Shown in pieces: positions 59,205 through 64,000 of a stretch of 64,000 nt of DNA (its first letter is position 1; each line of letters starts with the position of its first letter). Origin of the DNA: Octopus vulgaris (Eukaryota); NCBI GenBank assembly GCA_951406725.2, contig OX597824.1:91636001-91700000 (forward strand), written 5' to 3'. A program made the position numbers and the translations under genes. The notes under the pieces are model-generated. The model was given only the letters and a program-made list of their open reading frames with translations, was not told the origin of the DNA and searched no databases.

Positions 59205-59915
59205 CATTTTAAAAATTATATGGAGTTCTTTTACTCCAAACACAGATGTCCTTGCATCTGCTGGCATCGCCTCCATTAAAGCTATGATTTTGAGGAACCA
59301 ATTGAGATGATGAGGCCATATTGTTCGAATGGCAGATGAACGCATGCCGAAACAACTGTTTTATGGTGAGCTTGCAGAGGGGAAACGCTATCGGCGTAAA
59401 CCTAAAAGAAAAGGTTTAAGGGTGGCATAGGGACTTGGAATGGTTCCATGAAGTCACTTGGAATGGTTCCAGAAGACATAGAAATCTTTGCTTCGGATCG
59501 AACTGGATGGCGAACAAAGGTGTGGAATGGAGTGAAAGCATTTGAAGAGGCCAGGATAACACAAGTGAGACTCAAGAGGGATCGAAAGAAAAAAGTAACG
59601 ATCGAGAAGGTGAATGACAATGACCTTTTTGTGTGCACAATCTGTGACAGATTAGACCTGTCTTTGGCTGGCCTCAGATCTTTTCTGCGAACCCATGGAA
59701 AACGAACCTTCACCAACTATTCTGCCTATATGTCTGTGCACACCTTTGAATGCAGTGTATGCCGGGAGATTTGCAAATCCAGCGGAGGCCTCAAAAGACA
59801 TTTAAAAATCCAGAAAGGGCATAACTGTAGGTGGTCCAAATCGGATGTGCAATCTATGTGAGTGTATTTTCAGAACATTGTCTCTTTTAGAAAGTCACAT
59901 TAGGTGCCATGATAG
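59205..59915 (+). mobile_element. RTE (BovB-like) LINE 3' fragment with C2H2-like zinc fingers
   Basis: RILKI.W...TPNTDVL..AGI.SI.AM....QLR**GHIVRMADERMPKQLFYGELAEGKR, then A.DRTGWR, CTICDR..LRTH and CSVC..KRHLK. Confidence 0.88.
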
Positions 59916-59984
59916 TTCTAAGGTGTATAGGAAGTGGTCAAACTCAGTTTAAGGAGTAGACAACCACCATGCATGTATGTATAT

Positions 59985-60578
59985 GTGTCTGTTTTATTTG
60001 AAGATTTCTTGCCAATGGAGAAAGAACCGGTTTCTAATCTAGATCCAAGGATCCTTCTTTGGAATTTCAACCCCAGGGTATTTTTTTTTGTATGTATGTA
60101 TGTGGATGTGCAGATTTCTATGTTTTGTTTTATGTATGTATTCTCATGCATATAATTGCATATATAGACATGCTCATATATATTTAAATGATAAACTTCT
60201 GGTAAGTTTTACAGACTTTTACAGTTCCAGTGATGGGTTGGATCTGTAGTCTTCGAATTAGCTTTCTCTTTTTTGGTTTTGAGAAGCCTAATTTCTCAAG
60301 ATTGATATTTATGCAGTGTGTTAAATATCCCAGGGCCCCAATAATTACAGATATGAACGTGAACTTGTAATCTGGATAGAGTAACTGCAGATTTCTCCAT
60401 AGTTCAGCGTAGATGTTCTCTTTTTCACTGATCTTCAGTTTTATGTTAACATCCGCAGGGCAGATAATTTCCACAACTGAACACAGTTTCTCTTCTCTAT
60501 CCCAAATCATTAAATCAGGTCTGTTGTGCTTACATTTTATAGAGGTCTTCACTGGGACTTCCCACTAGTATTCCTTTT
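59985..60578 (-). mobile_element. RLE (R4/Dong-type) LINE: endonuclease domain plus full 3' UTR, in (CATA)n
   Basis: KHNRPDLMIWDREEKLCSVVEIICPAD...K.SEKENIYAEL (PD-D/E-K restriction-like endonuclease); the UTR ends AATAAA..catacat. Confidence 0.92.
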
Positions 60579-60718
60579 TATGTATGTATGTATGTATGTA
60601 TGTATGTATGTATGTATGTATGTATGTATGTATCTTTTAACTTTTACTCGTTTAACTCAGTGGGACTGAACCCGGAACCATGTGGTTGGTAAGCAAGCTA
60701 ATTACTACACAGCTGCTC

Positions 60719-60786
<68 letters not shown>

Positions 60787-60795
60787 GAAGTAAAC

Positions 60796-60841
60796 AAAAC
60801 TGTCCGACGAACGGGAACGTGAAACTCTGAGTAACAGTTTT
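60796..60841 (+). ncRNA. Minimal type I hammerhead ribozyme (C4 variant)
   Basis: aaaactgt-CCGACGA-ACG-ggaa-CGT-GAAA-ctc-t-gag-TA-acagtttt: perfect 8-bp stem I, GNRA-capped stem II, GUA site. Lies in a ~90-bp insert between (TA)n tracts. Confidence 0.82.
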
Positions 60842-61737
60842 TTGTTGAATTTCTGGTGCTTTTAAATAAAGTATATATATATATACATGTATAGGTATAC
60901 TGTCTGTCTATCTCTCTATACGCACGTATTTCTTTATGCGTGTGTGTGAGTATGTGCGTGCGTGCGCGTGTGCGTGTACAATGCATACATATAATCGCCG
61001 TCTGGCTTGTTAATCTCTGTTAACTAAGCAGAAGACACTGCGATAATAAATCATAATTCATCGTTTTGAAAACATTAATTATGCATCTCTCCGTGCGACC
61101 GAACCAGAGAGAGAAAAGAGAGAAAGCGAGAGAGAGAGAAAGAGTGAAAGAGAAAGAGAAGAAGTGAGTGAGGTTGAGAGAATGAATAAAGGATTTTGAA
61201 TTAATTATATTTCTGTCAATTAACAGAAGCGATGCTAATTCAAATATCTTCACCCAACGCCCACTGAAAGTGTTACACCGTGAGAATGCTAACTCAAGGA
61301 TCGTATACATTGCAGAGCGAAAATATAGGTGAAATGTTCGAAAAAGAAAAAAATAAATAATTACAACCAGTTAGCAGATCACTTGAACCAATTATTCATC
61401 CGGAGATAATCACTTATGGGTGCAGTGTGTTCAAGAACACGAAAAATATATCAGTAGGAGAAGAAAGACGTCCAGCAACGGCGGTAAGAATGAAAAATGT
61501 GCTTTTCTGCGTCTTTGGGATTTGCGAGGAATGTTATACGCTCCGAAAATGTCATAACCAACTCAAGTGGTTTCATACACGCTGTTTAGTAAGGAGAAAT
61601 TTTCTTGCGAGAGTACTTTCGCAGCGATAGTCTATCCGCGTCCGAGTGTACATGAACCTGTCATGGGAAATATAATTGTAAGATAAAACTTTTTTGTAAA
61701 TGGATGCATGGCGTTCGGTCATATAATAATATGAATA

Positions 61738-62205
<468 letters not shown>

Positions 62206-62689
62206 ATATTAATAGAAATATAATTGTACATACATATAGTTCAATCAACACAGCTTCGTACACCGTCATTTAATGTAATATACATAATCACCATAATTCA
62301 CAAGTGAACTCTCAGAACTGTAGTGCACGAGGACATAGGGTGCAAATCCTGTATATAGAAGAGGAGTAATGTCGGCAAAATCGCAAGCGATCACGTAAGA
62401 CGCTTAAAAATATCTACGAATATGGTAATCTTTGGTTCTTTTCTGATAAGAAAATCTTCGACCAAGACCATAAGTGTAATCAGACAAATGACAGAAGGTT
62501 ATGTGTAAACCCTTCTAATATCTCCTGAAAGTTACAAACTAAGTTTCCAGTAGCTGTGTTGGCTTCAGAAGGAGCAACCAGAAGGGACGACTAACAAAGG
62601 CCATATCATGCCACCTTGCATCTTCCCACAGCGCCTTAGAATTAATGTTGATGAAGGCTTAGATTTAATGTTGCTAGAGACAGTTGTTC

Positions 62690-63063
62690 AGCCCTGTACG
62701 AGTGCTCCATTGTACGAGTAATTTGCTGTACGAGCCGAGACTCATGCAAATTTTTGTCTCGAAGTACGACCGGTAATCCGCAGTACAAGCACACAAATTG
62801 TTCCATCTTTAAGGTAATTCAGTTAATAAAACCAGTTTACATATTTCTTTTGCATTCTCTATCTTTAATAATTGTCATTTTACTTGTGACTACACCTTTT
62901 CTGTTTTAAAACCCATAAAAATTATTTTTGAGTGGTTTTGTGAGGGCTGGAACGGGTTAATTATATTTTAGTTAATTTCAATGGGGGAAAATTGATTTGT
63001 AAAACGAGTAAATCGTAAGACGAGCTCAGTCATGGGACGAATTAAACTCGTACTGCGAGGTAC
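62690..63063. mobile_element. Tigger-like MITE relic
   Basis: Repeated gtacgag motifs at the left; the right end reads ggacgaattaaactcgtactgcgaggtac. Confidence 0.6.
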
Positions 63064-63454
63064 GTGGAAGGCAATATGTATTTCAACAAGACTCAGCACC
63101 TTCTCAAAAGACCCATGTAAGCCAAGAATGGAAGTGGATAGCAGATAATTTTTAATTTTTATGTAGCACCAAAATTGTGGTCGCCATACTCGCCAGATTT
63201 AAATCACGTGGACAGTTACATTTGAAGCGTTGTTAAAAGGGAAACTAGTCGATTATCTCAAAAGTCTATAGTTTCACTGAAGGCCGCTGTTGCCCTAGTG
63301 ATATCCAAATTGAATAAGGGACGTTTAATGCAGGGGTGTCCAAGATTCCAGTCGTGCATTGAAGCAGTCATCACAACTGAAGGCGATACACAGAATAATC
63401 TTATAAGAAAGCAATGTGGAGATGTGCTCACATCTCGATAAGCTTTCAATACGT

Positions 63455-63690
63455 TTGGTTTTTTCCCGATTACTGTTGCAGAGCTGAAAACGAAGTAATT
63501 TCTACGCTTCTCCTCCGGAAGCCATCTGCTCGCGATACCAGAGGGCGCACACTCTCCTACCCTGATGTAATCTCCAGGGATACAGGCATCAAGCAACAAG
63601 ACCTCCATAATGACATGATGGACCGTGAGGTCTGGTGTAACATAGTAAATTCCATTGTCTCGACCACGTTCGAACAATGATGATGATGAA
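63455..63690 (+). mobile_element. RTE/RTE-X LINE 3' end with (TGA)n tail
   Basis: YCCRAENEVISTLLLRKPSARDTRGRTLSYPDVISRDTG...MMDREVW, then a stop and tgatgatgatga. Confidence 0.8.
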
Positions 63691-64000
63691 CTGTTGGAAC
63701 AATCTGTGTATGTGTTTGTGTGTCTGTGTGTATGCTTATGTGTGCGAAAAACACCAGCATACAAGAATATTTGCGTAATAGACATACAACATGGATGCCA
63801 CAACATGGACGCTATGGACGCAATTGTAAATGACAGAATAAAGCAGTTTGCGGTTCACTTGATGCCCCGACATCGCTTAATTATTATATTTGACGAAATA
63901 AACATTCAAATCCTCGCTCTGATGACAACGACTGTGATAATCCGTTACAGTAATAGTTACAACATTTCATTTAACATCTGTATTGAGATTCAATTCCATT

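Noticed and set aside
59448-59861. Host C2H2 zinc-finger gene
   Set aside because: Directly continuous with disrupted RTE LINE C-terminal motifs.

Overview
AT-rich eukaryotic non-coding DNA dominated by microsatellites [(TA)n, (CA)n, (CATA)n, (TATC)n, (AAT)n, (GAT)n, (GAA)n] and decayed mobile elements. The repeat landscape resembles an octopus (coleoid cephalopod) intron or gene desert; this is inferred from repeat style, not verified. No intact host gene is visible, and almost all ORFs in the track are translations of simple repeats. Recognisable content: at least four tRNA-headed SINE families; at least six coding fragments of a restriction-like-endonuclease (R4/Dong-type) LINE tied to (CATA)n tracts; RTE LINE 3' ends; a Penelope-like GIY-YIG fragment with a pLTR-like tail; DD37D, mariner, Tigger, hAT and Helitron relics; and a U6 snRNA pseudogene. 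The most striking unannotated signal is about ten minimal type-I hammerhead ribozyme motifs in several unrelated short elements, mostly TA-flanked. They show variant cores (CUGUNGA, CCGACGA, and UUGAAAA with a U3:A8 swap) and palindromic stem III. Also present are several fold-back elements and a tandem array of heat-shock/kB-like motifs in front of a GC-rich island. All coordinates and structures were read by eye.
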